This document shows positions 1 through 12,678 of a DNA stretch of 64,000 bases, one piece after another. How positions within the stretch are numbered: the first letter of the stretch is position 1; every line of letters starts with the position of its first letter. The translations under genes were made by a program, and so were the position numbers. Below the pieces are notes generated by a model. That model saw nothing but the letters and a program-made list of their open reading frames with translations, had not been told where the DNA came from and made no database searches. The stretch comes from Bacillota bacterium. Its GTDB lineage: Bacteria; Bacillota; Sulfobacillia; JBFMBV01. The stretch covers positions 26,767 through 90,766 of the forward strand of contig JBFMBV010000005.1 of assembly GCA_040755005.1 (NCBI GenBank), read 5' to 3'.

Positions 1-1106
1 CGTTCGGCTACGAGGAGATCATGGCGCTTTACCCGGCAGTGGACTCCGTGGTCGTCGGCGAGGGTGAGGAGACCCTGCCCGCAGTCGCCAACGCCGTCAT
101 GGCGGGCCGCAGCCTTGAAGGCGTGGCGGGCGTAGTGTACCGGCAGGGGGCCCGGTTGGTGGTTAACCCGGACAGGCCCTCGGTGCCAGACCTCGATGAC
201 CTGCCCTTCCCGGACCGGGACACACTCCCCCCGGTCCTGAGGCGGTTCGGCTTCGCGTCCATGCTCACCTCAAGGGGCTGTTACGGCAGGTGCACCTTCT
301 GCAGCGTTGATGCCTTCTACTCACGGTTCGGGCCCAAGTTCAGGCTCCGGAGCAGTGAGAACGTGCTCGCGGAGCTCGAGCACCTGTATGACGCATACGG
401 CGTCAGGAACGTGATGTTGAGCGACGCCAACTTCATCTCGGGCAAGGGGATAGGAGCTAGGAGAGCTGCCGAGATCGCCGAGGGGATCCTGCGCAGGCAG
501 TGGGACCTCGAATTCCGTATCCAATGCAGGGTGGATGATGTGGACGAAGAGCTGTTCACCCTGATGAAGCGGGCGGGACTCACCCGCGTGTACCTTGGGG
601 TCGAAGCGGGCTCCCAGGCGATGCTCGACCGTTTTCGCAAAGACGTGTCGGTGGAGGAGAACTTCAAAGCGATCGAGCTCCTAAACAAGCTCGGCATGTT
701 CATCTCCATGGGTTTCATCATGTTTGACCACTGTACAGACCTAAAGGAGCTCAGCGAAAACATCGACTTCGTCAAACGGGTGAAGGCCTTGGTACCGAAA
801 GACAGGCTCGGCAAGGTACATCCCCTCACCAGGCTGTTTCCCCTAGCCGGCACCGAGGCCGAGCGGCAGCTGCGGCAGCAGGGCAAGTACACCGGTACTG
901 GCCTCCGCCTCTCCTACAAGTTCGACGATCCCGTGATAGACCTGCTGTATAACACCATGAACTGGGGTTCCAACCTGTTCTGGTCTGTCAGGAGGCTGTT
1001 CAACCGCGGTGATGACCTGGCCCGGGACTGGGTCAGGGGTTGGCGGCAGAGCAAGCGGCCTGGGGCGGGTGGCCTTGAAGCTAGGCCGGCGGGAGGATGT
1101 ACCTGA
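1..1106 (+). CDS. B12-binding-domain radical SAM protein (5' end outside window)
   Basis: Frame of ORF 21..1106 stays open to base 3 (FGYEEI precedes the first Met). CYGRCTFC is a CxxxCxxC radical-SAM cluster motif, preceded by a cobalamin-domain-like VVVGEGE segment. Confidence 0.8.
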   Translation, partial: FGYEEIMALYPAVDSVVVGEGEETLPAVANAVMAGRSLEGVAGVVYRQGARLVVNPDRPSVPDLDDLPFPDRDTLPPVLRRFGFASMLTSRGCYGRCTFCSVDAFYSRFGPKFRLRSSENVLAELEHLYDAYGVRNVMLSDANFISGKGIGARRAAEIAEGILRRQWDLEFRIQCRVDDVDEELFTLMKRAGLTRVYLGVEAGSQAMLDRFRKDVSVEENFKAIELLNKLGMFISMGFIMFDHCTDLKELSENIDFVKRVKALVPKDRLGKVHPLTRLFPLAGTEAERQLRQQGKYTGTGLRLSYKFDDPVIDLLYNTMNWGSNLFWSVRRLFNRGDDLARDWVRGWRQSKRPGAGGLEARPAGGCT

Positions 1107-1728
1107 GGGCCAGCCAGTAGTGGCTGAGGCTGCCGGCCAGCACGAACAAGTGGAACACCTCATGGAAACCGAAGCCCTGGGCCAGTCTTGGCCACTTGGT
1201 GGCGTAGATTATGGCGCCGGTGCTGTAGAATAGCCCTCCGCCCAGCAGCCAGAGGAGGGCAGCGGTAGGCAGGGCGCGGAAGAGGGGGACCGAGGCTGTG
1301 ACCACCAGCCAGCCGAGGGCGACATAGATGGTGGCAGACAACCACCTCGGAGCCTCAAGCCACAGCAGCTTCAGCACCACGCCCGCCAGGGCTAGTCCCC
1401 AGACGCTGCCCAGCAGGCTCCAGCCCCACGGTCCGCGCAGGGGCACCAGGCACACCGGGGTGTATGTCCCGGCGATGAGCACGAAGATCATGCAATGATC
1501 CAGCCGCCGCAGAACCCGGGTGGGGCGGGGGCCGAGCACGAGCAGATGGTACAGGCTGCTGGCCGTGTACAGCAGCATAAGGCTCGTCCCGAAGATGGCG
1601 AAGGAAACGGTATGCCAAGGGGTGCCCCGCCTGGCTGCCAGGCAGACCAGGACGACCAGGCCGACAACGGACAGCAGGGCGCCTCCCAGGTGGGTAAGGC
1701 CGCTCACCGGGTCCTTTAGACGTGGCAT
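1081..1728 (-). CDS. hemolysin III / PAQR family membrane protein
   Basis: Polytopic membrane ORF with LDHCMIFVLIAGTYTP and HEVFHLFVLAGSLSHY motifs. I chose the internal ATG at 1728 (MPRLKDPVSGLTHLGG); the longer 5' extension looks non-coding. Confidence 0.85.
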   Translation of the reverse strand: MPRLKDPVSGLTHLGGALLSVVGLVVLVCLAARRGTPWHTVSFAIFGTSLMLLYTASSLYHLLVLGPRPTRVLRRLDHCMIFVLIAGTYTPVCLVPLRGPWGWSLLGSVWGLALAGVVLKLLWLEAPRWLSATIYVALGWLVVTASVPLFRALPTAALLWLLGGGLFYSTGAIIYATKWPRLAQGFGFHEVFHLFVLAGSLSHYWLALRYILPPA

Positions 1729-1865
1729 CAGCGGTGCTCCTCTGGTTCCGTGAGTAGTCGGTCTAAATGAGCGCTTCAGGGTCTTGGCCAGGGAGTTCTC
1801 CACACCAGGTGTTATTCCTGCCGACGCGCCAGGACTTGGTTGGTGTGGATGCTCCGCACACAATG

Positions 1866-1894
1866 TTGTCAGTCCCGTCAGCATCGAGTATAAT
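1866..1894 (+). promoter_or_regulatory. sigma-A-type promoter (TTGTCA-17 nt-TATAAT) driving the THF riboswitch/folT
   Basis: TTGTCA at 1866-1871 and TATAAT at 1889-1894 with an exact 17-nt spacer, about 9 nt before the riboswitch P1. Confidence 0.6.
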
Positions 1895-1902
1895 GTGCTC
1901 AA

Positions 1903-2002
1903 GGCAGAGTAGGTCTGGTGCGTCAAGTGCCCGGTGGATGGGAAGTCGCCCCGGGACGAAGGGCCGCAAGGGGCCCGCGGTACCACGACCGCGTCCGCTG
2001 TC
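1903..2002 (+). promoter_or_regulatory. THF (tetrahydrofolate) riboswitch aptamer
   Basis: GGCAGAGUAGGUCUGGUGCGUCAAGUG...GGAUGGGAAGUCG...ACGAAG...CGCGGUACCACGACCGCGUCCGCUGUC aligns block by block with the remembered Eubacterium siraeum THF aptamer (GAGUAG, GCGU-AAGUG, AUGGGA-GUCG, ACGAAG, CGCGGU, CCGCU). P1 is GGCAG/CUGUC, and P2 and P3 arms are complementary. The downstream gene is a folate ECF S-component. Confidence 0.85.
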
Positions 2003-2083
2003 ACGACAAAGGGAACAGGCTATGCGCCTCATTTCTCTTTGGTGTGGCTCTGCCAACCAGAGAGAAAGGAGGTGTTTTCATTC

Positions 2084-2611
2084 GTGCAGACGCGCAAACT
2101 GGTTAACTTGGGCTTACTCATCTCCCTGAGCGTGGTGCTTACCCGCTTCTTCGGCACCCAGCTGCTCATCGCCGGTGTCGGGGCCCTAAGGCTGAGCTTC
2201 GGTGAGGTCCCCATCATGCTGGCCGGCGTCCTGTTCGGGCCCCTCGCCGGGGCGTGTGTGGGAGCGCTGGCCGACATCATTGGTTTTGCCATCAACCCCA
2301 TGGGCGGCGCTTACATCCCATTGCTTACGGTCACCGCCGCCCTCACCGGGGCGCTCCCTGGCTGGCTGCTGTCGGGGCGAGACCCTACCACCGTGAACCC
2401 GTGGCTGGTGGGCGGCGCGGTGGCCGTCACCGGACTGGTCGTGGCCGCGGGGCTCAACACCTATGTCCTCAGCCTGGCCCTGGGCAGACCCGCGATGGCC
2501 CTGTTCCCCCTCCGCCTGCTGGCCAGGGTCCTGCTTACGCCGGCCCATGCAGGCGCGGTGATGCTCCTGTGCCGGACGTACCGGACCGTGGCCGTCCATA
2601 GCAGGGCCTGA
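2084..2611 (+). CDS. folT: ECF transporter S component, folate family
   Basis: GTG start 11 nt after AAGGAGG. VQTRKLVNLGLLISLSVVLTRF... is a hydrophobic 5-6 TM protein typical of FolT, and it sits behind a THF riboswitch. Confidence 0.8.
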   Translation: MQTRKLVNLGLLISLSVVLTRFFGTQLLIAGVGALRLSFGEVPIMLAGVLFGPLAGACVGALADIIGFAINPMGGAYIPLLTVTAALTGALPGWLLSGRDPTTVNPWLVGGAVAVTGLVVAAGLNTYVLSLALGRPAMALFPLRLLARVLLTPAHAGAVMLLCRTYRTVAVHSRA

Positions 2612-2778
2612 TGCAGAGACGCTCCTTGCCTGAGACCCGCGCCCTCGCCAGCGCGGGTCTTCATCTTCCTTGGAGATGCTTCGCCTACGATTGTGTTCGT
2701 GTCCGGAAGGAGTTCCCGGCGGGGGCGCGAAGACAAGACCTGAGGCCTGCCAAGGCAGGAGCATGCTCCCAACTGGGC

Positions 2779-4248
2779 ATGGGAAGGGAGGAAGCAGTCT
2801 TGCGGGAGTTGACCTCCCGGGCGCTGGAGTGCGCTCGGCGGTCCGGCGCTCAATACGCCGACATCCGCGTGATCAGCGAAGACCAGCAAGGGATCATGGT
2901 CAAGAATGGCGCTGTGCAGAGTCTGACATCCAGCGGCAGCCACGGGTTCGGGGTGCGGGTGGTGGTGGACGGCGCGTGGGGGTTCGCCGCCAGTTCCCTG
3001 GTGACGCCTGACGAGGTCGTCCGGGTCGCTGAAGAAGCGGCCCGCGTGGCGCGCGCCAGCGCCCTGGTGAAGCGGAACGGCGAGTTCGCTCTCAGCCCGC
3101 TCAAGGGCATCGAGGACTCCTATGCGACCAAGGTCGCCGTCGACCCGTTCAAGGTGAAACTCGAGGACAAGCTGGCCCTGCTCCTGGAGGCAGACAGGCT
3201 GATGCGCCAGGATCAGCGGGTCAGGGTGTCTGCTGCCTCCATGCACTACTTGCGCGAGAGCCAGGTGTTCGCGAGCACCGAGGGCAGCTACATCACCCAG
3301 GAGATCGTCGAGACGGGGGCCGGGATCAACGCCACGGCGGTGGCAGCTGGCGAGATGCAGCGCCGGTCGTATCCCGCCTCGTTCTCCGGCGACGCCGCGT
3401 CGGCGGGCTATGAGTTCGTCCAGGCCATGGATCTGCCCGCCCATGCCCCGCGGGTGGCTAAGGAAGCCGGCGACTTGCTCCAGGCAGAGCAGTGTCCGTC
3501 AGGCGTGATGGACCTCATCTTAGAGGGGTCCCAGCTTGGCCTGCAGATCCATGAATCCTGCGGGCACCCCATCGAACTGGACCGGGTGTTCGGGCAAGAG
3601 GCCAGCTACGCTGGGACGAGCTTCCTAACTCCCGAGAAGCTCGGCAGCTTCACCTATGGTTCACCCCATGTCACCATTGTTGCCGACGCTACTATCCCCG
3701 GGGGCCTTGGCTCCTTCGGCTACGATGATGAAGGGGTGCCGGCACAGCGCAGCGTCATCGTCGACCGCGGGCTATTCACCAACTACCTCACTTCCCGCGA
3801 GTCCGCCGCCCAGCTTGGCCAGAGCTCCAACGGCACCATGCGGGCGGACGGCTGGGAACGGATGCCCATCATCCGCATGACCAACGTGAACCTGGAGCCG
3901 GGGGATTGGACCCTGGACGAGATCATCAAGGACACCAGACGCGGTATCTTGATGGCGACCAACAAGAGTTGGAGCATCGACGACAAACGCATCAACTTCC
4001 AGTTTGGGACGGAGGCGGGCTGGCTGATCGAAGATGGCTCCCTCACCAGGCTGGTGAAGAACCCCACTTACACCGGGATCACCCCAGAGTTCTGGGGGAG
4101 TTGCGACGCGATCGCGGACAAGCGGGAGTGGCATGTCTGGGGCCTGTCCAACTGCGGCAAAGGGGAACCTTCCCAGACCGCCCATGTCGGCCATGGCGCG
4201 GCCCCGGCCCGCTTCCGCAATGTGAGGGTAGGTGTAGGCAGATGGTAG
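2779..4248 (+). CDS. tldD: TldD-family metalloprotease (pair 1)
   Basis: HESCGHPIELD (HExxxH) motif with a TldD/PmbA-fold sequence throughout. An alternative TTG start at 2800 lies 9 nt after GGGAGG. The 5' part of the 2611 ORF looks non-coding. Confidence 0.85.
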   Translation: MGREEAVLRELTSRALECARRSGAQYADIRVISEDQQGIMVKNGAVQSLTSSGSHGFGVRVVVDGAWGFAASSLVTPDEVVRVAEEAARVARASALVKRNGEFALSPLKGIEDSYATKVAVDPFKVKLEDKLALLLEADRLMRQDQRVRVSAASMHYLRESQVFASTEGSYITQEIVETGAGINATAVAAGEMQRRSYPASFSGDAASAGYEFVQAMDLPAHAPRVAKEAGDLLQAEQCPSGVMDLILEGSQLGLQIHESCGHPIELDRVFGQEASYAGTSFLTPEKLGSFTYGSPHVTIVADATIPGGLGSFGYDDEGVPAQRSVIVDRGLFTNYLTSRESAAQLGQSSNGTMRADGWERMPIIRMTNVNLEPGDWTLDEIIKDTRRGILMATNKSWSIDDKRINFQFGTEAGWLIEDGSLTRLVKNPTYTGITPEFWGSCDAIADKREWHVWGLSNCGKGEPSQTAHVGHGAAPARFRNVRVGVGRW

Positions 4249-5579
4249 GAGAAGCGAGGGCCCTCGAACTGCTGGAGCGGGTATTGAAGCTGTCCCCGGG
4301 GGACCAGACGCAGGCAGGGCTCACCGGGGCGAGGTCCTATCTCACCCGGTTCGCCACCAACTACATCCATCAGAATGTGGCCGAGTCCAACGCTTCCTTG
4401 TCGGTGGAAGTCATCTTCGGCAAGAAGATTGGCGCCGCGTCCACCAATGACCTATCCGAGGCGGGCCTGGAGCGGGTGGTACGCCAGGCGACGGATCTGG
4501 CCCGGATGCAGAAGGAGAATCCTGAGTTCGTTTCGCTCCCGGCTCCCCAGCCCATCCCGAAGCTCGACTGCACCGTCCGGGCCACCGCCGAGTTCACGCC
4601 CGAAGACCGGGCGGCAGGGGTCAAGAGGCTGGTGGACCTGGCGAAGCAGCATGGGCTGGAGGCTTCAGGCGCTTTCTCCACCGAGACCAGGGAAGTGGCT
4701 GTGGTCAGTTCACTGGGGATCAGGGCGTACGATGAGTCGAACCTCGCCAGCCTGAGCACGGTGGTCATGTCGGACGCCGGCGCCGGTTGGGCCGGGCAGG
4801 ACGCTAGGGATGTACGCGCCATCGATCCGGCCCGCATTGCCCAGACAGCGGTCCAGAAGTGCCTGGACAGCGGCGCCCCCCAGCGCCTCGACGCCGGCGA
4901 GTACGAAGTGGTGCTGGAACCTGCCGCCGTGGGCACGATGCTTGTCTACTTGGGCATGCTGGGGTTCGGGGCCCTGGGTTACCAGGAAGGCCGGTCGTTC
5001 CTGTCAGGGAAACTCGGCCAGCCGATCTTCGGCCCCAACATCGACCTCTGGGACGACGGCCTTGACCAGGCCGGGCTGGCGGTGCCCTTCGACGCCGAGG
5101 GGATACCCAAGCGCAAGCTGCCCCTGGTGGAGGGCGGTGTCGCCCGCAACGTCTGCTATGACAGCTATACCGCCAACAAGGAACCGGGCAAGTCCTCGAC
5201 GGGCCATTCCACCGGGTCCCGCAGCTTCGGTCCGGTGCCCATGAACGTGTTCATGCGCGCCGGCGACGCTACCCTCGAGCAGATGATCGCCTCGACCGAA
5301 CGCGGCATCCTGGTGACGCGGTTCCACTACGTGAACCCTGTCCACCCGGTCAAGGCCATCATCACCGGGATGACGCGGGATGGCACCTTCCTGATCGAAG
5401 GCGGCCGGGTCAAGCACGCTGTCAAGAACCTCCGCTTCACCCAGAGCATCATCGAGGCCCTGCAGCGGGTCGAACTCATCGGCCGGGAGCGCAGGGTCCA
5501 GCGGGGCTGGGTGGGCGGGGTGTGCGTGCCTGCCCTCAAGGTACGCGGGTTCAATTTCACCGGTGTGACCGAACACTGA
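4242..5579 (+). CDS. pmbA: PmbA/TldE-family protein (pair 1)
   Basis: The ATG overlaps the tldD stop (ATGGTAG). It is a TldD/PmbA-family sequence without HExxxH. The long ORF from 3906 is an out-of-frame read-in over tldD. Confidence 0.8.
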   Translation: MVGEARALELLERVLKLSPGDQTQAGLTGARSYLTRFATNYIHQNVAESNASLSVEVIFGKKIGAASTNDLSEAGLERVVRQATDLARMQKENPEFVSLPAPQPIPKLDCTVRATAEFTPEDRAAGVKRLVDLAKQHGLEASGAFSTETREVAVVSSLGIRAYDESNLASLSTVVMSDAGAGWAGQDARDVRAIDPARIAQTAVQKCLDSGAPQRLDAGEYEVVLEPAAVGTMLVYLGMLGFGALGYQEGRSFLSGKLGQPIFGPNIDLWDDGLDQAGLAVPFDAEGIPKRKLPLVEGGVARNVCYDSYTANKEPGKSSTGHSTGSRSFGPVPMNVFMRAGDATLEQMIASTERGILVTRFHYVNPVHPVKAIITGMTRDGTFLIEGGRVKHAVKNLRFTQSIIEALQRVELIGRERRVQRGWVGGVCVPALKVRGFNFTGVTEH

Positions 5580-5620
5580 CCGGCGTCCTCTTCCCCTCCT
5601 GACGACGCCGGCTGTGTCTT

Positions 5621-5649
5621 GCCCTCCTTACCGGGAGGGCATCCTTTTT
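5621..5649 (+). terminator. rho-independent terminator after the tldD/pmbA pair
   Basis: GCCCTCC-ttaccg-GGAGGGC hairpin followed by atcCTTTTT. Confidence 0.7.
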
Positions 5650-5666
5650 CGCCCGCCGGGCCTCCG

Positions 5667-5675
5667 TGGTATAAT
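5667..5675 (+). promoter_or_regulatory. extended -10 promoter candidate (TGgTATAAT) for pcrA
   Basis: TGGTATAAT lies 32 nt upstream of the pcrA ATG. The -35 region is poor. Confidence 0.4.
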
Positions 5676-5706
5676 CGAGGGGAGAGCGGATCGCCCGGGA
5701 GGAGAC

Positions 5707-7839
5707 ATGTCCACCATCACCCTGAATGACAAGCAGCTTGAGGCCGTACGGTACGGGGACGGGCCGCTCCTGATCCTGGCTGGCGCTGGGAGCGGCAAGA
5801 CCCGAACCCTGACCGCCCGGATCGCCCATCTCATTCAGGAGAGAGGGGTCGCCCCCAACCGCATCCTGGCTATCACCTTCACCAACAAGGCTGCCACCGA
5901 GATGCGGCACAGGGTGGAGGAGTTGCTGGGCGCAAGGGCCGCGGGCATCTGGGTGGCCACCTTCCATGCCGCCTGCGCCCGTGTGCTCAGGCGGGACATA
6001 TCTGCCCTCGGGTACGGGACGAACTTTAGCATCTTCGCCGCAGACGAGCAGGAGAGGGTGGTCAAGGACTGCCTGGCCGAACTCGGCTGGGACCCGGACC
6101 GCTACCCCCCCAGGACCGTGCTCGGGCAGATCGACGCCTGGAAGAATGCCCTGGTCCCGCCGGATGAGGCCGAACGCCAGGCCGGCGACTACTTCCGCCG
6201 GCGGCTGGCGGCGGTCTACCGCATCTACCAGGAGCAGTTGTTCAGGCAAAACGCCCTGGACTTCGGGGACCTGATCATGCTGGCCGTACGGCTGTTGACC
6301 GAGTGCCCGGATGCCCTCGCAAAGTACCAGGGCAAGTTCAGGCAGGTCCTCATCGACGAGTACCAGGACACGAACTACGCCCAATACCGGCTGGCGGCTC
6401 TGCTGGCGGAGGCCCACGGCAACCTGTGCGTGGTAGGGGACGATGACCAGTCCATCTACGGGTGGCGGGGCGCAGATATCAGGAACATCCTCGAATTCGA
6501 GCGGGACTTCCCCGGCGCGAGGGTGGTGAGGCTGGAGCAGAACTACCGGTCTACTGAGGCCATCCTCTCGGCCGCCAACCACATTGTCCGGAACAACACG
6601 GGCAGGAAGGGTAAGACCCTATGGACCGCCCGGCGCGGTGGCGAACCTGTCCGCCGGTTCGAGGCCATGGATGAGCATGACGAGGCGGCGTTCGTGGCCA
6701 GGGAGTTGGGGAGGCTGACAGACAAAGGGTACCGGCTGTCCGAGGTGGCGGTGCTCTACCGCATCAACGCGCAGTCCCGGGCCCTGGAGGAGGAGTTCCT
6801 CGGGCGCGGGGTGCCGCACCGCGTCACCGGCACCCGGTTCTATGACCGCAAGGAAGTTAGGGACATCTTGGCTTACTTGCGGCTCATCCATAACCGCAAG
6901 GACGAGGCCAGCCTGCTTAGGGCGATCAACGTGCCCAGGCGGGGCGTCGGCGGGGGGACCGTCGCCCGGCTCAAGGAGGTAGCCGCGGCGCAGGGGGTAT
7001 CCCTCTGGGATGTGCTGGCCGGTGAGGCGGCAGGGGATGTGCTCAAGGGGCATGCCCTGCGCGAGGTGAGGCGTTTCGTCGCCCTGATTGAGGACCTCGG
7101 CGGCCTCCAGGCGACAGCGCCCGCAGCGGAGCTGGTCATGCGGCTGCTGGACGAGTCCGGGTACTTGCACCAGCTGGAGGCCGAGGGGACCGAGGAGTCC
7201 TTGGCCCGGGCCGAGAACGTCCGCGAACTGGCCGCAGTCGCCGCCGACTTTGAGGAACATGAGGAGGATCCCACCTTGGGGGCGTTCCTGGCCCGCGTGT
7301 CCCTGATCAGCGACGCCGACACCGCCGGCGGGAACGGGGACGCCGTGTCCCTGATGACCTTGCACAATGCCAAGGGCCTGGAGTTTGCCGTTGTGTTCAT
7401 GGTGGGCATGGAAGAGGGGCTATTCCCCCACAGCCGCTCCTACGACAGCCTGGCCGAGCTCGAGGAAGAACGCAGGCTCTGCTACGTGGGGATGACCAGG
7501 GCGGGAGAGAGGCTGTACCTGACAGGGGCGCGACGGCGGCGCCTGTTCGGACGGGCATCGCTGCAGATGCCGTCCCGCTTCCTCAGGGAACTGCCGCCGG
7601 AGGTCAGCGCGCTTGCCACGGCCTATGCGGGGGCTCCAGCCGCCGTCACGGCAGGCCTGCAGCCAGGGCCGGGCTTGGCCCTGGACGAGGGGGATAAGGT
7701 CCGCCACCCCAAGTGGGGGGTCGGGAAAGTGGCCGCGGTAACCGGGGACGGGGAGGAGGCCATCGCCACCCTCGTCTTCCCCGAGCTTGGCGTCAAGCGG
7801 GTGGCGGTCAAGTACGCTGCATTGGAGAAGGTGCGATGA
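5707..7839 (+). CDS. pcrA: ATP-dependent DNA helicase PcrA (UvrD family)
   Basis: AGAGSGKT Walker A, DEYQDTN, and full-length UvrD/PcrA similarity. The ATG at 5707 follows GGGAGGAG. Confidence 0.95.
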   Translation: MSTITLNDKQLEAVRYGDGPLLILAGAGSGKTRTLTARIAHLIQERGVAPNRILAITFTNKAATEMRHRVEELLGARAAGIWVATFHAACARVLRRDISALGYGTNFSIFAADEQERVVKDCLAELGWDPDRYPPRTVLGQIDAWKNALVPPDEAERQAGDYFRRRLAAVYRIYQEQLFRQNALDFGDLIMLAVRLLTECPDALAKYQGKFRQVLIDEYQDTNYAQYRLAALLAEAHGNLCVVGDDDQSIYGWRGADIRNILEFERDFPGARVVRLEQNYRSTEAILSAANHIVRNNTGRKGKTLWTARRGGEPVRRFEAMDEHDEAAFVARELGRLTDKGYRLSEVAVLYRINAQSRALEEEFLGRGVPHRVTGTRFYDRKEVRDILAYLRLIHNRKDEASLLRAINVPRRGVGGGTVARLKEVAAAQGVSLWDVLAGEAAGDVLKGHALREVRRFVALIEDLGGLQATAPAAELVMRLLDESGYLHQLEAEGTEESLARAENVRELAAVAADFEEHEEDPTLGAFLARVSLISDADTAGGNGDAVSLMTLHNAKGLEFAVVFMVGMEEGLFPHSRSYDSLAELEEERRLCYVGMTRAGERLYLTGARRRRLFGRASLQMPSRFLRELPPEVSALATAYAGAPAAVTAGLQPGPGLALDEGDKVRHPKWGVGKVAAVTGDGEEAIATLVFPELGVKRVAVKYAALEKVR

Positions 7840-8600
7840 AGCGGTGGCTGCGGGGCATCGCCGAGGGGCTGTGGCTCGGGCTGGCCATCATCCTGCCAGG
7901 CATCAGCGGCGGGACGGCCGCCTTGATCCTGGGCATCTATGAGGACTTCCTGAACGGCTTGGCGCGCCTGCGCCTGGCCCGTCTGCTGCCGATGGCCATT
8001 GGGGCGGTGGCTGGGCTGGTGCTGGGAGCCCGGGCCGTGGACTGGCTCTTGGACGCATTCCCTGGCCCCCTCCACGGCTTCCTAGCCGGGCTCATCCTCG
8101 GCACCGTCCGCTACATCGGTCCGCTTGTCGGGCCCATCCGCCCCCGGCATGTCACGGCGGCAGCAGTCGGCGCCCTTGGGGCGGTGGCCTTGGGCATGCT
8201 AAGGCCCGGACTGGTGGAAGAGACCGTCCACCCCTTGGTGGTGTTCTGCGGCGGGGCCGTGGCCAGCTCGGTCATGCTCTTGCCGGGGGTCAGCGGCGCT
8301 AGCACCCTGATCATCCTGGGCCTTTACCGCCCAATGCTGGATGCCCTCAACCAGCTGCAGCTGGCGACCCTGAGCGTGTTTGGCCTCGGCGTGGCTGGTG
8401 GGCTGGTGATCTTCGCCCGCGTCATCGCCCATCTGCTGGCGAACCAGGCGGGGCTGACCCTGGCCACCCTGGGTGGCTTGATGGCAGGTTCCCTGTGGCA
8501 GCTGCTGCCGCCCCAGCCTGGGCTGACCGAACTCGCGGCGGCGGTGGCTGGTTACGCTACGGTGGAGATCGCGGCGCGCCTGGGGCGCCGTCCCGGCTAG
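7836..8600 (+). CDS. DUF368 family membrane protein
   Basis: ILPGISGGTAALILGIYE and a second LLPGVSGASTLIILGLY repeat are typical of DUF368. The ATG overlaps the pcrA stop (ATGA). Confidence 0.8.
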   Translation: MKRWLRGIAEGLWLGLAIILPGISGGTAALILGIYEDFLNGLARLRLARLLPMAIGAVAGLVLGARAVDWLLDAFPGPLHGFLAGLILGTVRYIGPLVGPIRPRHVTAAAVGALGAVALGMLRPGLVEETVHPLVVFCGGAVASSVMLLPGVSGASTLIILGLYRPMLDALNQLQLATLSVFGLGVAGGLVIFARVIAHLLANQAGLTLATLGGLMAGSLWQLLPPQPGLTELAAAVAGYATVEIAARLGRRPG

Positions 8601-11485
<2,885 letters not shown>

Positions 11486-11499
11486 CGCCGCTTCGCCTC

Positions 11500-12537
11500 C
11501 TAGAAGCCTGACAGGTAGATGAACGACCCCACCGCCAGGGCCGGAACCATGTTGCACAGCTTCGACAGGAACGCAGCCTTCCGGTCGTAGGCCAACAGGG
11601 GGTAGAGGGCGTCCCCATCCTGGCAGATGGCATTGGCGGCCAAGGCGGAGAAGGGTATCAGTCCGTTGATGTACAGGCTGGTCGTGAGGATCTGGGGGCC
11701 GCACCCCGGTATGAACCCTACCAGGCAGGCCAACAGCATGACCAGGGGCCCCGGCAGGCCCGCCAACCTCCCGACGTCCACGCCTCCTAGATCTGTGGCG
11801 GTGTGGAAGACTAGATACCCCAGGAACACCCAGACCACGATGAATGCTGTCTCCCGGGCGGTATGTACCGCAATGCTCCCGAAGGAGCGGTGTTTGTCGG
11901 CCAGGGTGGCCTCGGAGTCGTCACTGAAGGAAGTATGGGAGATGAACATCATCGCCAGGGCGATGGCCACCCCAAGGCAGGCGATGGTGGCGGCCCAGGT
12001 TCTGGTCCCCGTAAGGGCGCCCGCAGCGCCCAGGATCGCAAGCACCCAGAAGGCTGCGTAACACAAGGTCAGGGACGGCGCCGACAGTGTGTCGGGCCCT
12101 GCCCCCGAGGGCCGCTCAGCCCGCAGCGGCGCCTGCCGCCGGATGCCCCTGCCTATCCCCAACCAGTCGATGAGGTATCCCGTCGCCACACCGGTCACGA
12201 AGGTGATGCCGTGAATCAAGGCGGCAGCCTTCGGCAGCTTGGCCATGATCAGCCAGGACGAGTCGCCCATCGTGCCGATCAGAGTGGCCACCACAGCCCC
12301 GAAACTGACGTGGCCTCTGGCCCACAGAGGCATGACGAAGATGGCGCCCCCGCAGCCGGGCAAGACGCCCAGGAAGGCCCCGATGAGCGGTTGGAGGGCC
12401 CGCTTGGTTGCGATCGCTTGCACCAGCCTGCCGGCGGTGAGCTTCTCGATCAGACCGAAGATGTAAAGCATGCCGAGGACGAACAGGCCGACCTCGAGGA
12501 AGGCGGCCGTAGCGGCATGGAGAACCACACTCAGCAA
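11500..12537 (-). CDS. 10-TM putative metal exporter (ArsP_2 / 'putative manganese transporter'-like)
   Basis: Two homologous halves each carry a PGCG motif (LPGCGGAIF... and IPGCGPQIL...). The TTG start at 12537 lies 7 nt after GGGGAGG. The family name is recalled, not searched. Confidence 0.55.
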   Translation of the reverse strand: MLSVVLHAATAAFLEVGLFVLGMLYIFGLIEKLTAGRLVQAIATKRALQPLIGAFLGVLPGCGGAIFVMPLWARGHVSFGAVVATLIGTMGDSSWLIMAKLPKAAALIHGITFVTGVATGYLIDWLGIGRGIRRQAPLRAERPSGAGPDTLSAPSLTLCYAAFWVLAILGAAGALTGTRTWAATIACLGVAIALAMMFISHTSFSDDSEATLADKHRSFGSIAVHTARETAFIVVWVFLGYLVFHTATDLGGVDVGRLAGLPGPLVMLLACLVGFIPGCGPQILTTSLYINGLIPFSALAANAICQDGDALYPLLAYDRKAAFLSKLCNMVPALAVGSFIYLSGF

Positions 12538-12678
12538 GCGAGGACCTCCCCTCGGCTTCGTCCACATCCTATGACCGCAAGGGGCCACTTGCCAGCGTTC
12601 TGCGGTGACGGACCAGCAGGGTCCACGGCTGCAAAGCCAGGTAAAGCGCGGACGGCTACTGACGGGGGTGACGCAAGT

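Noticed and set aside
5557-6582. 341-aa minus-strand ORF
   Set aside because: It lies entirely antisense to pcrA, and its Arg/Pro/Gly-rich translation has no recognisable motifs. This is a typical shadow ORF in high-GC DNA.
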